DNA of 64,000 bases from Gemmatimonadota bacterium (GCA_039586095.1 JBDHLB010000007.1:3941-67940); one strand, 5' to 3'. Positions 41,414 through 52,695 are shown, counted from the stretch's first letter. Notes: a model not told the origin generated them from the sequence alone. Numbers and translations are program-made.

Positions 41414-43545
41414 CGCACGCGGACCTGCAGGCGCAGAGTCCGACCGGGCTGCGGGAGCCCGCACTGATCGAACACGGCGGCGTCGGTCAAGTTGTCGAGC
41501 GCGAGCGAGGTTTGGAGCGTGGACAGGGCACCGCCAAGACGCCACTCGCGCCCGAGCATCAGATCGAGACGACCGCTCGCGTCCAGCCGCTGATCGGCCT
41601 CCAGTTCGGGATTCACACAGTACTGCGGCCCCACGTATCCGAGCGCGGCGCTCCCCCAGACGCCGAGTGCCAGGGGGCCCGATAGCTCCAGGTTTCCGAA
41701 CACCTCCGGCTGGTACTCCGGCTCGCGCTCAGTCTGTGGAGCCAGCTCATCACGCAGAGCCACGCCCTGCAGCGTGAGGTCGCCGCCGAGGTGCGACGCG
41801 CCGAGCCGAAGCGACGCCAGCAGTTCGACACCCGTCGCGGTAACCCGATTTCGGTTCTCGCGCCGAAACATCCCGTCGCCGACACTCGACCGAACGATGG
41901 CGTCCGACCACCGCTGGTGGAACAGCACGACCTGGCCGTCCACGCCTTCGAGCTCGCCTGTCACCCCCAGCTCCCCCGCGACCAACACCTCGGGGTCGAG
42001 GTTCGGGTTCGGGATGAACCGTCCCAGCGCGCCCGAGTAGAGCTCTCGTAGAGATGGGAAGCGGACCCTGCGACTGACGCCGGCGTGGAGCCGGGTCGTA
42101 CCGCCCGCGACCAGGGCCGACGCTCCCACACGCGCGCCCCAGTCCACCAACGGATCGCTAGCTTCACGGCCGCCAGTCTCCGGCGTGCTCGCCCGGTCCA
42201 GGCTGAGGCCGGCCGTCAACGTGAGGTCGGAGAAGGGGCCTGTGTCCTCGCTCTGGCGGCCCAAGGGCTGCTCCGCTTCGGCGGCGAGGCTCCACAGCTG
42301 CTGACGGAACCTCGACTCTCCCCCGGGATCCAGCGTCTCGACGTGTCGAGTGTCGGCCCACGTGAAGGCCGCCCGTACGGTGCCGTCCGCCAGTGTGTGA
42401 TCTCCAACCAACCGAGCGGTGATCGTGCGGTCGTCCGACAGCTCCTCCTGCGCGACCGTCTGGTACGCCAGCGTCTCGTACTCCTCGATTCGTGAATTCC
42501 CCCAGTCGACGCCGAAGCTCGCCTCGAGATCTCCCTCGCCCAGTGGAGTCGCGCCCCACCCGGTCCCGCCGGAAAGCCCCGTCACCACGCGTGACGTCTC
42601 GGGAATGCGCCAGAGTCGTGGGTTCTCGATGTGGAGCTCGGGGGGCACGCCCTTGTCGGCCGTGAAGCCGAACGATGACAGGGCAATCCACGGACCGCCC
42701 TCGGAAGATCCGTAGCGCGCCGCCAGGAATCCGTTGAAGTGCTGTCGGTCGCTGTTCAGGCGGAGGTCGTGGTCGGGCACCGGCTGATCCACTCCCGACG
42801 CCAGTGCCACACCATCGCGCGTCCGAAAGGCGAGGCCACCCCGGACCGTGAGGTCGTTCGCCCCCGTGGCGATTCTCTTCCCCGCTTCCGCCGCCACGGC
42901 GGCGGCGCCCGTGCCGTCGATCCCGAGCTGCGTTCTCAGGGGCGGCGGGGCCGGCACGCCGGAGGTGCCGCGTACGATGTCGATCTCCACCACGCCACCC
43001 AGGACGTTGGGACCGTGCAGCACCGACGACAGACCCCGATACATCTGGATCTCCCGGGCCGCACCGACGGGGATCAACGACAGGTCGGTGCGCGCGTCCC
43101 AGCCAAGAGTCAGCGGAATGCCGTCCACCAGCACCGCCACCTGCCGCGACTCGGTGCCGCGCAAGGTGAGCTGCGCCTCGCCGCGCGAATTCTCGCGCAC
43201 CTGGAAGAAGGGCATCCGGCGCAGCGCCTCGTCCAGAATCGGGGCGGCGAACACCCGTGGAGCATCCAGGTTCAGACGGACTGCGGTCGCACCCGCTTGC
43301 GTGGCAAGCGGTCTCGTGGTTCGCACTCGAAGCGCTTCGAGCTCGTATACCGTGGTATCCTCGGCGAGTGTATCCGGCGCAGCACGGCTCGTGTCGACAG
43401 GCACGGGGCGCGGAATGAACTGAGCATGCACGGACGCGGTGGTCGTGAGCCCCATGCCCGCCACCATGGCGGCCAGGACAACGCCCGCTCGCGGGGTCAG
43501 CCTGTTGCTCCCTCGCGGCGTATCGCCCCGCTCCCTGTGCGTCAT
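41410..43545 (-). CDS. TonB-dependent outer-membrane receptor
   Basis: Signal peptide from MTHRERG...LAAMVAGMGLTTTASVHAQ, a plug domain and a long beta-barrel. The ORF-track start at 43842 gives an Arg-rich extension that is probably not translated. Confidence 0.8.
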   Translation of the reverse strand: MTHRERGDTPRGSNRLTPRAGVVLAAMVAGMGLTTTASVHAQFIPRPVPVDTSRAAPDTLAEDTTVYELEALRVRTTRPLATQAGATAVRLNLDAPRVFAAPILDEALRRMPFFQVRENSRGEAQLTLRGTESRQVAVLVDGIPLTLGWDARTDLSLIPVGAAREIQMYRGLSSVLHGPNVLGGVVEIDIVRGTSGVPAPPPLRTQLGIDGTGAAAVAAEAGKRIATGANDLTVRGGLAFRTRDGVALASGVDQPVPDHDLRLNSDRQHFNGFLAARYGSSEGGPWIALSSFGFTADKGVPPELHIENPRLWRIPETSRVVTGLSGGTGWGATPLGEGDLEASFGVDWGNSRIEEYETLAYQTVAQEELSDDRTITARLVGDHTLADGTVRAAFTWADTRHVETLDPGGESRFRQQLWSLAAEAEQPLGRQSEDTGPFSDLTLTAGLSLDRASTPETGGREASDPLVDWGARVGASALVAGGTTRLHAGVSRRVRFPSLRELYSGALGRFIPNPNLDPEVLVAGELGVTGELEGVDGQVVLFHQRWSDAIVRSSVGDGMFRRENRNRVTATGVELLASLRLGASHLGGDLTLQGVALRDELAPQTEREPEYQPEVFGNLELSGPLALGVWGSAALGYVGPQYCVNPELEADQRLDASGRLDLMLGREWRLGGALSTLQTSLALDNLTDAAVFDQCGLPQPGRTLRLQVRVR

Positions 43546-45146
43546 GTGCGGCTTCGTCGGCGGTACCACAGGCCGAGGAGGAGAAGCGCGGACGTCACCG
43601 CAGAGGAAGTCCCGACGATGTCGCCGAATCGAACGAACACCGTTTGACCGTCGGTGGTGAGTACGTCCGTCGCGAAGGCGGCCGGCACGAAGAGCGGCGT
43701 GCGCGAGCGCACTCTGCCGAGGGGATCCACGACGCCCGAGATTCCCGTGTTCGCCGAGCGGACGGCACCGCTGCGGGTCTCGATCGCACGCATGACAAGG
43801 TGAGCCGGGTGCTGCCACAGCGCGCTGGTGCGGCTCCACCACGGCTCACGACCGAACCACCCGTCGTTCGTCACGTTCACCAGCAATTCCGCTCCATTTC
43901 TCCGGTAGTGACGTCCCAGTTCCGCGAAGATGGACTCGTAACAGATCATGACGCCGAATCCGCGTCCGGGCGTGCCGAGCGGAGACGCTGACCGCCCCCG
44001 GGCGAAGCCACCGAGATATTCTAAACCACCGAACCAGCGAGGGTTCAGAAACGGAACGCGCTCCACGCCCGGAACCAGGTACCGCTTGTCGTAGCGGCCT
44101 ACCGGTTCGCCGTTCTCTCCGACGAGAAAGACCGAGTTGAGGTAATCGTACTCCCCCGCGCCGCGGTCCTCGACCCCCAGCGCGCCGTAGAGCACCTCGG
44201 CCCCCGAGCGGCGCGCCAGCGATGCAACCCAGGCCTCGAGGTCGGGTCGACCCGGGTCTCCTCGTGACGTGATGGGCTCCACGTGCCAGGGCAGGACGGT
44301 CTCAGGCAGTACGAGCAGGTCGAGCGGGACCGAGTCGGAGACCACGCGGAGGAGAAGCGAATCGGTCGCCCGCTGCGCCGCTCTGATGGCTGCCGGCCGA
44401 TCCAGTTTGACCTCCTCCGGGATGTTCGGTTGGATGACAGCCACGCGCGCGGCAGTCCGCATCGGAAGGCTCGTCCAGCGAACCAGGGAGTACCCGATCG
44501 GAAGCGTGACGACGCACAGCATGGCGATCAGGCGTCGCGGCGTGAGCGCCGCGCGACCGCCGGCCCGCCGCCCCGTCACCACGGCCGCCGCCACGAGCGC
44601 GTTCACCGTGGCGAGCCAGAAGGTCAGCCCGCGAGAACCCACGAGATCGGCGCCTCCGACCAGCCACGGAAAGCCCGTGAGGGTATCTCCGAGCTGCATC
44701 CACGGAAACGCGATGTCGGGCAGATGGGCCCTCAGCCATTCGTAGCCCGTCCACAGGAATGGAAACACGACCCACAGCGGCCAGCCCAGCTCGTCTCGGG
44801 TCGTTCGAGCCGCTCCCGCGACCAGGGCGAGCAGGGAGGCGAGGAGCAGAACGATCGCCAGGAAGAAGAGCACGGAGAGCGGCGTGAGGTGGATGAGCGA
44901 CAGGGCCAACCAGTAGTAGATCAGCGAGTAGCCAACCACACCCAACAGGAAGCCGCCGCGGCGCGCTTCGCTGCGGCCCACCTCGCCGGACGGCCGCTCC
45001 TCCAGCCATATCAGGAACGGCACCAGAGCGGCGAAGGAAGGCACAAGGAGGTGGAACGGCGGACACGCCAGCGCAAGCAGGACGCCGCTGACGAACGGCC
45101 AGACGGTCCCCGGAGGAAGAATGTGAGGCCGGAGCATATGGGCCAT
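43542..45146 (-). CDS. lnt: apolipoprotein N-acyltransferase
   Basis: N-terminal multi-TM region and a C-terminal CN-hydrolase domain (VMICYESIF). The start was chosen at MAHMLRP. Confidence 0.8.
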   Translation of the reverse strand: MAHMLRPHILPPGTVWPFVSGVLLALACPPFHLLVPSFAALVPFLIWLEERPSGEVGRSEARRGGFLLGVVGYSLIYYWLALSLIHLTPLSVLFFLAIVLLLASLLALVAGAARTTRDELGWPLWVVFPFLWTGYEWLRAHLPDIAFPWMQLGDTLTGFPWLVGGADLVGSRGLTFWLATVNALVAAAVVTGRRAGGRAALTPRRLIAMLCVVTLPIGYSLVRWTSLPMRTAARVAVIQPNIPEEVKLDRPAAIRAAQRATDSLLLRVVSDSVPLDLLVLPETVLPWHVEPITSRGDPGRPDLEAWVASLARRSGAEVLYGALGVEDRGAGEYDYLNSVFLVGENGEPVGRYDKRYLVPGVERVPFLNPRWFGGLEYLGGFARGRSASPLGTPGRGFGVMICYESIFAELGRHYRRNGAELLVNVTNDGWFGREPWWSRTSALWQHPAHLVMRAIETRSGAVRSANTGISGVVDPLGRVRSRTPLFVPAAFATDVLTTDGQTVFVRFGDIVGTSSAVTSALLLLGLWYRRRSRT

Positions 45147-45206
45147 CACGGGTTGCGCCACCCGTGACGGCCCGCGGCTCGTCACGGGCAGACGCCCCAC
45201 GAGACA

Positions 45207-45935
45207 TCAGGGTTGGACGATGTAGCCCAGTCCGATTGTCAACGCGACGTTTCGCACATCCGCGACGAGCGCGCCTCGCACGTCGCCGTACAGGGTGAGT
45301 GCGTTCAGGGAGAATTCGAGGCCCGCCACACCCGACACCCCAGCGGTCAGGAGGTCCAGCCCGTCTTCGACGAACGTATCGTCGATCGCGTCACCCGACC
45401 CGCTCAGAAAGTACAGCTCGGTGCCTATGCCCAGGTACGGTCGCACGAGCCCGCTCACCGTGGGCATCCAGTGCAGATCCGCACCGAACAGCAGGGCGCT
45501 TCGGTCAATCTGGCCCAGGTCCAGACCCGCCTCGGGGATCTCACCGCCCTGCTCGATCACGAGCTCCCCGACTCGATCCTCGAAGCGACGCACCTCAGCC
45601 GTCTTGAGCCGAGAGTCCCAGTAGGCGGCGCGGGCCTGCAACCGGACGTGTGGCCCGAGGAATCCGAAATCGACCCTCGCACCGAAGCCGATCGTCTCCT
45701 CGACGTTGTGGGGAAAGACAAGAAACACCTCGCCCGTCACGCCCCGGAGCCACAGGTTGGCGTAGTCGTACTCTTCGAGGTTCTGACCCCGCGCCGGGGA
45801 TGCGGCGAGCGCCGCGAGAATCATCGCGCAGGTCAACGAGTAGACCGCACGCCTGGGCAGCAGACCGGCACCTCCGCCCCGGATTCCTCTTCTTCCCTCG
45901 GAGCGCACACGCGCGCTCCCGCCACTCTTCCTCAT
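45207..45935 (-). CDS. hypothetical outer-membrane protein
   Basis: Signal-like AMILAALAASPARGQ, then beta-strand-patterned sequence. The start is ambiguous. Confidence 0.4.
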   Translation of the reverse strand: MRKSGGSARVRSEGRRGIRGGGAGLLPRRAVYSLTCAMILAALAASPARGQNLEEYDYANLWLRGVTGEVFLVFPHNVEETIGFGARVDFGFLGPHVRLQARAAYWDSRLKTAEVRRFEDRVGELVIEQGGEIPEAGLDLGQIDRSALLFGADLHWMPTVSGLVRPYLGIGTELYFLSGSGDAIDDTFVEDGLDLLTAGVSGVAGLEFSLNALTLYGDVRGALVADVRNVALTIGLGYIVQP

Positions 45936-46028
45936 TCCCATCCTCCCTTGCGAATCCACACACCCTTCCGGGCCGATCGGGGCCATACTACGCCACAGCC
46001 GTCGGTCCGACCAGCGATCGTCGATCCG

Positions 46029-47501
46029 TCAGCGACCGCGCACCGTGTCGAGACCCAGTCCCGTGACGGGCAAACGCCGATCCCCCGCACGCTGCACATC
46101 CGAACGTTCGATCGATCGGATCCGTGGCTCCGGGGGGGCGTCACGCACCATGCTCTCCACACGGGCCGACAGATCGTAGTCGGAGCCCTCCAGCACCAAT
46201 ACGTCGACGAGCTGCCCGCGTCGGAGCGGCTCCGGAGCGACGAGATTCGTCACGCCGTCGACGTCGTCCGCCTGGGATCGAATCCGCCCGATGGCCTGGA
46301 AGGCCATCGGCCCTGTCGCGTCCGGAAAGCGGTCCCTATCGCCCGGTACGTCGTCTGACCGGGGCGCGTCGACGATCGCCTCGCGACGCTTCCCGATCTC
46401 CCGCGCCATCTTCTCCGCGGAAATCGCGCGCTGAACCTCGAGAAGCTCCTCGAGCCGCTCTCTGGCCAGGTCGGCCGGGACGAACAGATCCTCGAACTCC
46501 GCCGCCCGCGTTCCGGGCTGAGGCGAGAAGGCGAACGCCCCCAACCGATCGAAGCGCACTTCCTCCATGAAGTCCAGCAGGTCGCGAAACTCGTCGTCGG
46601 TCTCGCCGGGGAATCCGACCATGACGGTCGTTCTCAAGGTGAGACCGGGGATCGACTCACGCAGCCAGCTGATCTTGTCACGCAGCGCGCTTTGCCTTTC
46701 CGGCCTGCGCATGCGCACGAGCACCGGATCCGCGGCGTGCTGAATCGGCATGTCCAGGTACGGCACCACCCGCGGCTCGACGGCCATCAGCTCGACCAGC
46801 GGGTCTCGCACGCCGGCTGAGTAAATGTACAGCAGACGCAACCACGGAATGGACGTCTCGTCGAGCAGCGTACGCAGCAGCCCCGAGATGTCCGAACCGT
46901 CGCGCAGGTCGCGCCCGAAATGCGCGAGGTCCTGGGCCACCAGGTTCAGCTCGACCGTCCCCTGTTCCTCCAGCTCCTGCGCTTCCGCCACGAGACCACT
47001 GGCCGCAAAAGAACGATGCTTGCCCCGCCACAACGGAATCGCGCAGAAGGCACAGCCGTGATCGCAGCCCTCGCTGACCTTCAAATAGCTCACGTGGCGT
47101 GAACCGAGCGGCAGACGCGTTCCGGGGTGGGCCGCCAGCGGATCATCCAGCAGCCCACGGTCCTGCAGCTCCGGTACGAGACGGTCCACGTCGGTCAGCC
47201 CGAGCAGCAGATCGACCTCGGGCAACGCTTCCTCCATCTCGCTCCGGTACTGCTCGACCATGCACCCGACCGCTACGACAGCCTGACATTGGCCGTGCTG
47301 CTTCCAGTGCGCCGCCTCGAGAATCGTTTCGATCGATTCCTCTTTGGCCGCGTCGATGAACCCACACGTGTTGACCAGGATGACGTCGGCCTGGTGGAGC
47401 GCGGTCGTACGTCGGGCGCCGTGGCCGACAAGCGTGGCGAGCATGCGCTCCGAGTCGACCGTGTTCTTGTCGCAACCGAGGCTGACGAGGCCGAGCTTCA
47501 T
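46029..47501 (-). CDS. rimO: ribosomal protein S12 methylthiotransferase (radical SAM MTTase)
   Basis: N-terminal MTTase CxxxC..C cluster (LGCDKN...NTCGF), the radical-SAM CDHGCAFCAIP motif, and a TRAM domain. Confidence 0.85.
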   Translation of the reverse strand: MKLGLVSLGCDKNTVDSERMLATLVGHGARRTTALHQADVILVNTCGFIDAAKEESIETILEAAHWKQHGQCQAVVAVGCMVEQYRSEMEEALPEVDLLLGLTDVDRLVPELQDRGLLDDPLAAHPGTRLPLGSRHVSYLKVSEGCDHGCAFCAIPLWRGKHRSFAASGLVAEAQELEEQGTVELNLVAQDLAHFGRDLRDGSDISGLLRTLLDETSIPWLRLLYIYSAGVRDPLVELMAVEPRVVPYLDMPIQHAADPVLVRMRRPERQSALRDKISWLRESIPGLTLRTTVMVGFPGETDDEFRDLLDFMEEVRFDRLGAFAFSPQPGTRAAEFEDLFVPADLARERLEELLEVQRAISAEKMAREIGKRREAIVDAPRSDDVPGDRDRFPDATGPMAFQAIGRIRSQADDVDGVTNLVAPEPLRRGQLVDVLVLEGSDYDLSARVESMVRDAPPEPRIRSIERSDVQRAGDRRLPVTGLGLDTVRGR

Positions 47502-48484
47502 CCTTCAAACACGTCGGCGTCCGCCGGCGGAACGAACCGAAAGAGCGAATCGGGCAGATCGGCCCCGGGCTCCAGCGAGGTCAGGGTCACCGTGCGAACC
47601 GTCTCGTTCTCTTCGGTGATCTCGAACTTGCGCACGAGGTGGTCCTGTTCGGCGATCGATACGCGCACGAGTCGGTACTGAGAGCGGGTGGTGGGACGCA
47701 GACTCACGATACGCGTCGTAACGCCGTCTACCGTCTCGGACCCCACGTACTGCCCCGCATAGTTGATGCGCGCCTCCTCGAGAATCCGGGCCAATACGTC
47801 GGCCGTTCCGGAGCCGGTGCCCGAAGCGCCGAGACGGGATCGAATCACCTGTCGCGGGTTCGTGCTCGGGTAGAAGAGCCACAGATGGATCCCGTCCGCC
47901 ACGATCTCGTCATCCGGCGGATCGTCGAAGTCCATCTTGAAGCGAGCCCGCCCCTTCTGGTACCACTTTCCGTGGCCTTCCCGGCGCCGTTCGAGGAGAG
48001 GGACGTCGATCACCTGGTGGAAGCGGGCACGAAGGGACGGCAGACCGGAGTAGGCCGCGTCCGCATCGCTCAGCAGACCGTCCACGTCGACGTCCTGACC
48101 GGTGTCCGATGGGGCGTTGTCCCCGCTGGTGTCAGCAGCCTCGGGCGGCCGGGGTTCGGCGAGCGGGTCGGAGTCACCGGGCGTCCCTTCGCCCGCTGAG
48201 ACTGCGCCCACGGCGCCCTCGTCCACCGTGACTTCGCCCGCTGCCCCGTCTTCGCTGGACGACCGGCTCTCGTCCGTGGGGCTCTCGTCCGTGGGTGCTG
48301 GAATCGCCGGCCCCGAGTCTACGGCTGACGCGGTGTCGGCCACCCCGGGCGACGGCCGTTCGTAGGCCGAGACGTCCGGTTCGCGAGCCTCCCGGCAACC
48401 CACGGCCCCCGAGAGACCGATCACGACGAGGACCACCCGGCGCTCGGCTGCGCGGCTCAGAAAACTGACAACCTGTGATGCCAT
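47498..48484 (-). CDS. LolA-like outer-membrane lipoprotein carrier/sorting protein with acidic disordered N-region
   Basis: Lipobox LSGAVGC. An approximately 130-aa acidic, Ser/Asp-rich linker. A C-terminal LolA-like domain (...GIHLWLFYPSTN...VSLRPTT...). Confidence 0.5.
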   Translation of the reverse strand: MASQVVSFLSRAAERRVVLVVIGLSGAVGCREAREPDVSAYERPSPGVADTASAVDSGPAIPAPTDESPTDESRSSSEDGAAGEVTVDEGAVGAVSAGEGTPGDSDPLAEPRPPEAADTSGDNAPSDTGQDVDVDGLLSDADAAYSGLPSLRARFHQVIDVPLLERRREGHGKWYQKGRARFKMDFDDPPDDEIVADGIHLWLFYPSTNPRQVIRSRLGASGTGSGTADVLARILEEARINYAGQYVGSETVDGVTTRIVSLRPTTRSQYRLVRVSIAEQDHLVRKFEITEENETVRTVTLTSLEPGADLPDSLFRFVPPADADVFEG

Positions 48485-48541
48485 GGCGCGACAGTACCCG
48501 GCGTGCGGAACGGCCGTTCCTGACGGCCGTTCGACCGACAT

Positions 48542-50794
48542 CTACTCGTCCGCCAGGAAGCCGTCCAGATCCTGCAGACGCAGCAGTACGTCGCGTGGTT
48601 TCGAGCCGTCGGCCGGACCGACGATGCCTGCGTCGTGCAGCTGGTCAATGATCCGGGCCGCGCGACCGTAGCCGATCTTGAGCCGGCGCTGAAGCAGGCT
48701 TGTGGAGCCCGCCTCGTTCGTGATCACGATCTCGGCCGCCTGTCGAAACAGCTCGTCACGATCGGCCAGCACGTCTTCCGCCACGTCGACGCGAGTCTCC
48801 TCCTCCTCGAGCTCGCGGACGACCTCGAGTATGTCTCGCTCCTCGCCGGCTTCCGCTTCCCGAGCGACGGCTCTCTCCCGGTACCAGTCCAGAAGGCGCT
48901 CCGTCTCGTCGCTCGACACGAAGGCACCCTGGATGCGCACGGGGTCCGCCTCGCCGGGCGGCAGGAAGAGCATATCTCCGTTGCCGAGCAGGCTCTCCGC
49001 GCCGTTCTGATCCAGAATCGTTCGACTGTCCGTCTTAGACGCGACCCGAAACGCGATGCGGCTGGGAAAATTCGCCTTGATGAGGCCTGTGATGACGTTC
49101 ACGGAGGGCCTTTGCGTCGCGACGACGAGATGGATCCCCACGGCACGAGCCTTCTGCGCCAGCATCGCGAGCGGCGTTTCGACCTCGGCCTGAACCGTCA
49201 TGATGAGGTCGGCCAGCTCATCGATCAGCAGGACGACGTAGGGAAGCTGACCCTCCTCGTAGAGTCTGACGTCCAGCTCCTCCCCGGCGGGCGACAGACG
49301 TGGCCGCGCGGCGACCATCTCACGCCCCTCTCGCACACGACGGTTGAACTCCCCCACGTTGCGGCACGCATTGGCCGAGAGCAGGCCGAAGCGACGTCGC
49401 ATCTCGTACACCGCCCACTTGAAGACGGAGGCGGCATCCTCGTTGTCCGTCACCACGGGGTGGCGCAGATGGGGAAGATCGTTGTACACGCTCAGCTCGA
49501 CCATCTTGGGGTCGATCATCAGCATGCGGAGCTCGCTCGGGGAGTACCGGAACACGAGGCTGGTGATGACCGAATTGATGCAAACGGACTTCCCTGTCCC
49601 CGTCGCACCGGCGATCAGCAGGTGCGGCATTCGTGTGAGGTCGGCGCAGCGAGGCCGCCCGGACAGATCCCGTCCCAGGGCGAGCGGGAGCGTAGCTCGC
49701 GAGCGCCGGAAGGCGGCGGACTCCAGCACGTCGCGCAGTGAAACGATCTCCGGTTCCGGATTCGGAACCTCCACGCCCACGGCGCCCTTCCCGGGAATCG
49801 GCGCCACGATCCGCACCGAGGGCGCCCGCAGCGCGAGGGCAAGGTCATCGGCTCGCGCGGCGATCTGCCCCACCTTCACACCGGCCGCCGGCACCACCTC
49901 GAACTGGGTGACGACGGGGCCGGTCGTCCATCCCCCGATCCGACCGTCGATTCGAAACGTGGCGAGCTTGTCGACCAGGATGTCGCCCAGCGACTTCAGT
50001 TCCTGCTTCTCCAGGCCAGCGGACCGTCGGACCGGCTCATCAAGAAGATAGATGGGTGTCAGCTCCGTCTCCGACAGGTCACCGGGATCGAACAGGGCAG
50101 GCCCCGAGGGGGCCACTGGTTCGGCTTCCGCCCGGGCGACGTCCTCCTCCGGTAACAGCTCGTCGGCACCCGCGTCCGCGTCATCCGAGCCGAGATCCGC
50201 ATCCTCCCAGGGAGTGGAAGCGAGCGGGTCGGCGGACCCACGGAACGCGTCGGTCGCCGTCCGCCACAACCACACCGACCCCCGCGCGACCCCCCGCACG
50301 CCCTGCTGCGCCCAGCTGCCTGCGGATCGCAGGGCGGCCGGGGTCGATATCCCGAGCGTGCCGACCATCAGCACGACGGCAAGACCGATCAGCACGAGAG
50401 CCGTCCCGAACCGACCGAACACCGTGACCAGCACCGCGCCGGCAATGCCACCCCACCAGCCGACCGACTCCACCGTGTCCTCCCCCGTCGCGAGCAGCCA
50501 ATGCGCGATCGGAACGAGGATCAGGAGTCCGAGGGCCAGGCTCGTCGCGCGCCAGGCGGTCTCCCGGCTGATGGCGTGTACCAGGTGGACCCCCCAGCCG
50601 AAGGCCGGCACGGCCACCAGCACCGCGGCGAGGCCGAACGCGGCTGACCCGCCACGCTGAAGAGCGGCACCCGCGGGACCGATGAGATTGGTTGGAGGCT
50701 CGATCAGAAGCGGGCTGATGACCGACAGGACCAGGAGCAGGCCGAGGAACACCAGCCCGATTCCAAGCGCTTCCTGACGCTGACGTTCTCCCAT
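48542..50794 (-). CDS. ftsK: DNA translocase FtsK/SpoIIIE
   Basis: N-terminal TM helices, a linker, the Walker A motif GATGTGKS, the FtsK motor domain, and a C-terminal winged-helix gamma domain. Confidence 0.85.
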   Translation of the reverse strand: MGERQRQEALGIGLVFLGLLLVLSVISPLLIEPPTNLIGPAGAALQRGGSAAFGLAAVLVAVPAFGWGVHLVHAISRETAWRATSLALGLLILVPIAHWLLATGEDTVESVGWWGGIAGAVLVTVFGRFGTALVLIGLAVVLMVGTLGISTPAALRSAGSWAQQGVRGVARGSVWLWRTATDAFRGSADPLASTPWEDADLGSDDADAGADELLPEEDVARAEAEPVAPSGPALFDPGDLSETELTPIYLLDEPVRRSAGLEKQELKSLGDILVDKLATFRIDGRIGGWTTGPVVTQFEVVPAAGVKVGQIAARADDLALALRAPSVRIVAPIPGKGAVGVEVPNPEPEIVSLRDVLESAAFRRSRATLPLALGRDLSGRPRCADLTRMPHLLIAGATGTGKSVCINSVITSLVFRYSPSELRMLMIDPKMVELSVYNDLPHLRHPVVTDNEDAASVFKWAVYEMRRRFGLLSANACRNVGEFNRRVREGREMVAARPRLSPAGEELDVRLYEEGQLPYVVLLIDELADLIMTVQAEVETPLAMLAQKARAVGIHLVVATQRPSVNVITGLIKANFPSRIAFRVASKTDSRTILDQNGAESLLGNGDMLFLPPGEADPVRIQGAFVSSDETERLLDWYRERAVAREAEAGEERDILEVVRELEEEETRVDVAEDVLADRDELFRQAAEIVITNEAGSTSLLQRRLKIGYGRAARIIDQLHDAGIVGPADGSKPRDVLLRLQDLDGFLADE

Positions 50795-50826
50795 TCCCTC
50801 AAGCCTCCGCCCTTCAAGCCCCCGCG

Positions 50827-52170
50827 TCAGGCGTGACCGGCCTGGAAACGCTCCACAAAGCGAGTGTCTACCCGACCCGCCTCGAAATCGGGGTGGCTCA
50901 GCAGCGTCCGCAAGAACGGGATCGTGGTGTGCACACCCTCGATGATGAACTCCTCAAGCGCGTGGTAGCTGCGGATTCGAGCTTCTTCCCGGGTGTTCCC
51001 GTGGACGATGAGCTTCGCCAGGAGCGAGTCGTAGTACGGGGGGACCAGGTAGCCGGCGTACACGTGCGTATCGACCCGCACGCCCGGTCCACCGGGCGCG
51101 TGAAACGTCGTGATCTGGCCCGGCGAGGGTCGAAAATCGTGCTCCGGGTCTTCCGCGTTGATGCGGCACTCGATCGCGTGCCCTCGGAGGGCGAGGGACT
51201 CGGGGATGTCCAGCGCCTCTCCCGCGGCCACCCTGATCTGCCACTTGACCAGGTCCGTCGCCGTGACCAGCTCCGTCACGGGGTGCTCGACCTGAATCCT
51301 CGTGTTCATCTCCATGAAATAGAAACGGCCTTCGTCCAGGAGGAACTCGACCGTGCCCGCCCCCTCGTAGCCGATGGCACGGGCCCCTTTGACCGCCGCC
51401 TCCCCCATGGCCGTGCGTAACTCGTCGGACACGGCGGGACTCGGCGCCTCCTCGACCAGCTTCTGGTGTCGCCGCTGCAGCGAGCAGTCCCGTTCGCCCA
51501 GGTGGAGCACGCGACCGTGTTGGTCGCCGAGAATCTGGATCTCTACGTGTCGCGGTCGCTCCAGGAACTTCTCCAGATAGACCGTGTCGTCGTGGAACGC
51601 GGCCTCGGCTTCCTTACGCGCCATCGGGAACGCGCGCTGAAACTCCTCTTCGTTGAATGCGACCCGCATCCCCTTGCCGCCACCGCCCGCCGTGGCCTTG
51701 ATGATGACCGGGAATCCCAGCCGCTTCGCCTCCTCGAGCGCGGCTTTCGAGTCGTCGAGCGGGCCGCCCGACCCGGGGACCACTGGAACACCCGCGTCCT
51801 GCATGGTGCGGCGCGCCTCCGCCTTATCCCCCATTCGCCGGATTTGCTCAGCGGTGGGTCCGATGAAAGTGATGCCCGTGCGGGCGCAGATTTCCGAGAA
51901 CTCGGCGTTCTCGGCCAAGAAGCCGTACCCGGGGTGGATCGCCTCGGCACCCGTGACCTCGGCCGCGGCGATGATCTGGGGCACGTTCAGGTAGCTGTCG
52001 CGGCTTGGTCCGGGCCCCACGCAAACGTCTTCGTCGGAGAAGCGCACGTGGAGCGAGTCACGATCCGGCTCCGAGTAGACGGCAACCGTCGGGATGCCCA
52101 GTTCACGGCAGGCGCGGATGATTCGGAGCGCGATCTCTCCGCGATTCGCGATGAGGATCTTGCGGAACAA
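50827..52170 (-). CDS. accC: acetyl-CoA carboxylase biotin carboxylase subunit
   Basis: 447 aa of the ATP-grasp biotin carboxylase; the full-length sequence is unmistakable. Confidence 0.9.
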   Translation of the reverse strand: MFRKILIANRGEIALRIIRACRELGIPTVAVYSEPDRDSLHVRFSDEDVCVGPGPSRDSYLNVPQIIAAAEVTGAEAIHPGYGFLAENAEFSEICARTGITFIGPTAEQIRRMGDKAEARRTMQDAGVPVVPGSGGPLDDSKAALEEAKRLGFPVIIKATAGGGGKGMRVAFNEEEFQRAFPMARKEAEAAFHDDTVYLEKFLERPRHVEIQILGDQHGRVLHLGERDCSLQRRHQKLVEEAPSPAVSDELRTAMGEAAVKGARAIGYEGAGTVEFLLDEGRFYFMEMNTRIQVEHPVTELVTATDLVKWQIRVAAGEALDIPESLALRGHAIECRINAEDPEHDFRPSPGQITTFHAPGGPGVRVDTHVYAGYLVPPYYDSLLAKLIVHGNTREEARIRSYHALEEFIIEGVHTTIPFLRTLLSHPDFEAGRVDTRFVERFQAGHA

Positions 52171-52176
52171 TGTCGC

Positions 52177-52695
52177 TCAGCCGGTGCCGTCGCGCTCGAT
52201 CCGGAAGAGAATCTCCCCGTACTCGACCGGTTCGGCGTTTTGTACTGCGATTTCGCGCACGACCCCGGCCACGTCGGACTCGAGCTCGTTCATAAGCTTC
52301 ATGGCCTCGAGAATGCACAGCGTCTGCCCCTCGACGATCCGGTCACCGACCTCCACGTACGGCGGGGCATCGGGCGCCGGTGACCGGTAGAAGGTGCCGA
52401 CCATCGGTGAGGTGATCTCGGCGACCGATTCGTCCGTCAACCCGGAAAGCTCGACCTCTTCCGTGGCAGCCGCGCTCTCACCCGTCGATCGGCTCGCGGC
52501 TTCACCGCTCCCCGCTGCAGGGGGCGGTGCGTTCGCTGGAGCCACGGCCGAAGACCCGCCGGCCGTGCCGACCACCTGGACGGCGGGTGACTTGGAGATT
52601 CGAACCCGCGTACCAAAACGCGACACCTCGAGCGTATCGATGTCCGACTCTTCGACGACGCGCATAAGGCGCCGGATCCACTCCATCCGCTTCAT
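52177..52695 (-). CDS. accB: biotin carboxyl carrier protein
   Basis: Ala/Pro-rich linker and a C-terminal biotinyl domain with the EAMKLMNE motif. Confidence 0.85.
   Translation of the reverse strand: MKRMEWIRRLMRVVEESDIDTLEVSRFGTRVRISKSPAVQVVGTAGGSSAVAPANAPPPAAGSGEAASRSTGESAAATEEVELSGLTDESVAEITSPMVGTFYRSPAPDAPPYVEVGDRIVEGQTLCILEAMKLMNELESDVAGVVREIAVQNAEPVEYGEILFRIERDGTG

Noticed and set aside
48635-49741. 368-aa plus ORF
   Set aside because: It is the antisense of ftsK.
51466-52383. 305-aa plus ORF
   Set aside because: It is the antisense of accC/accB.
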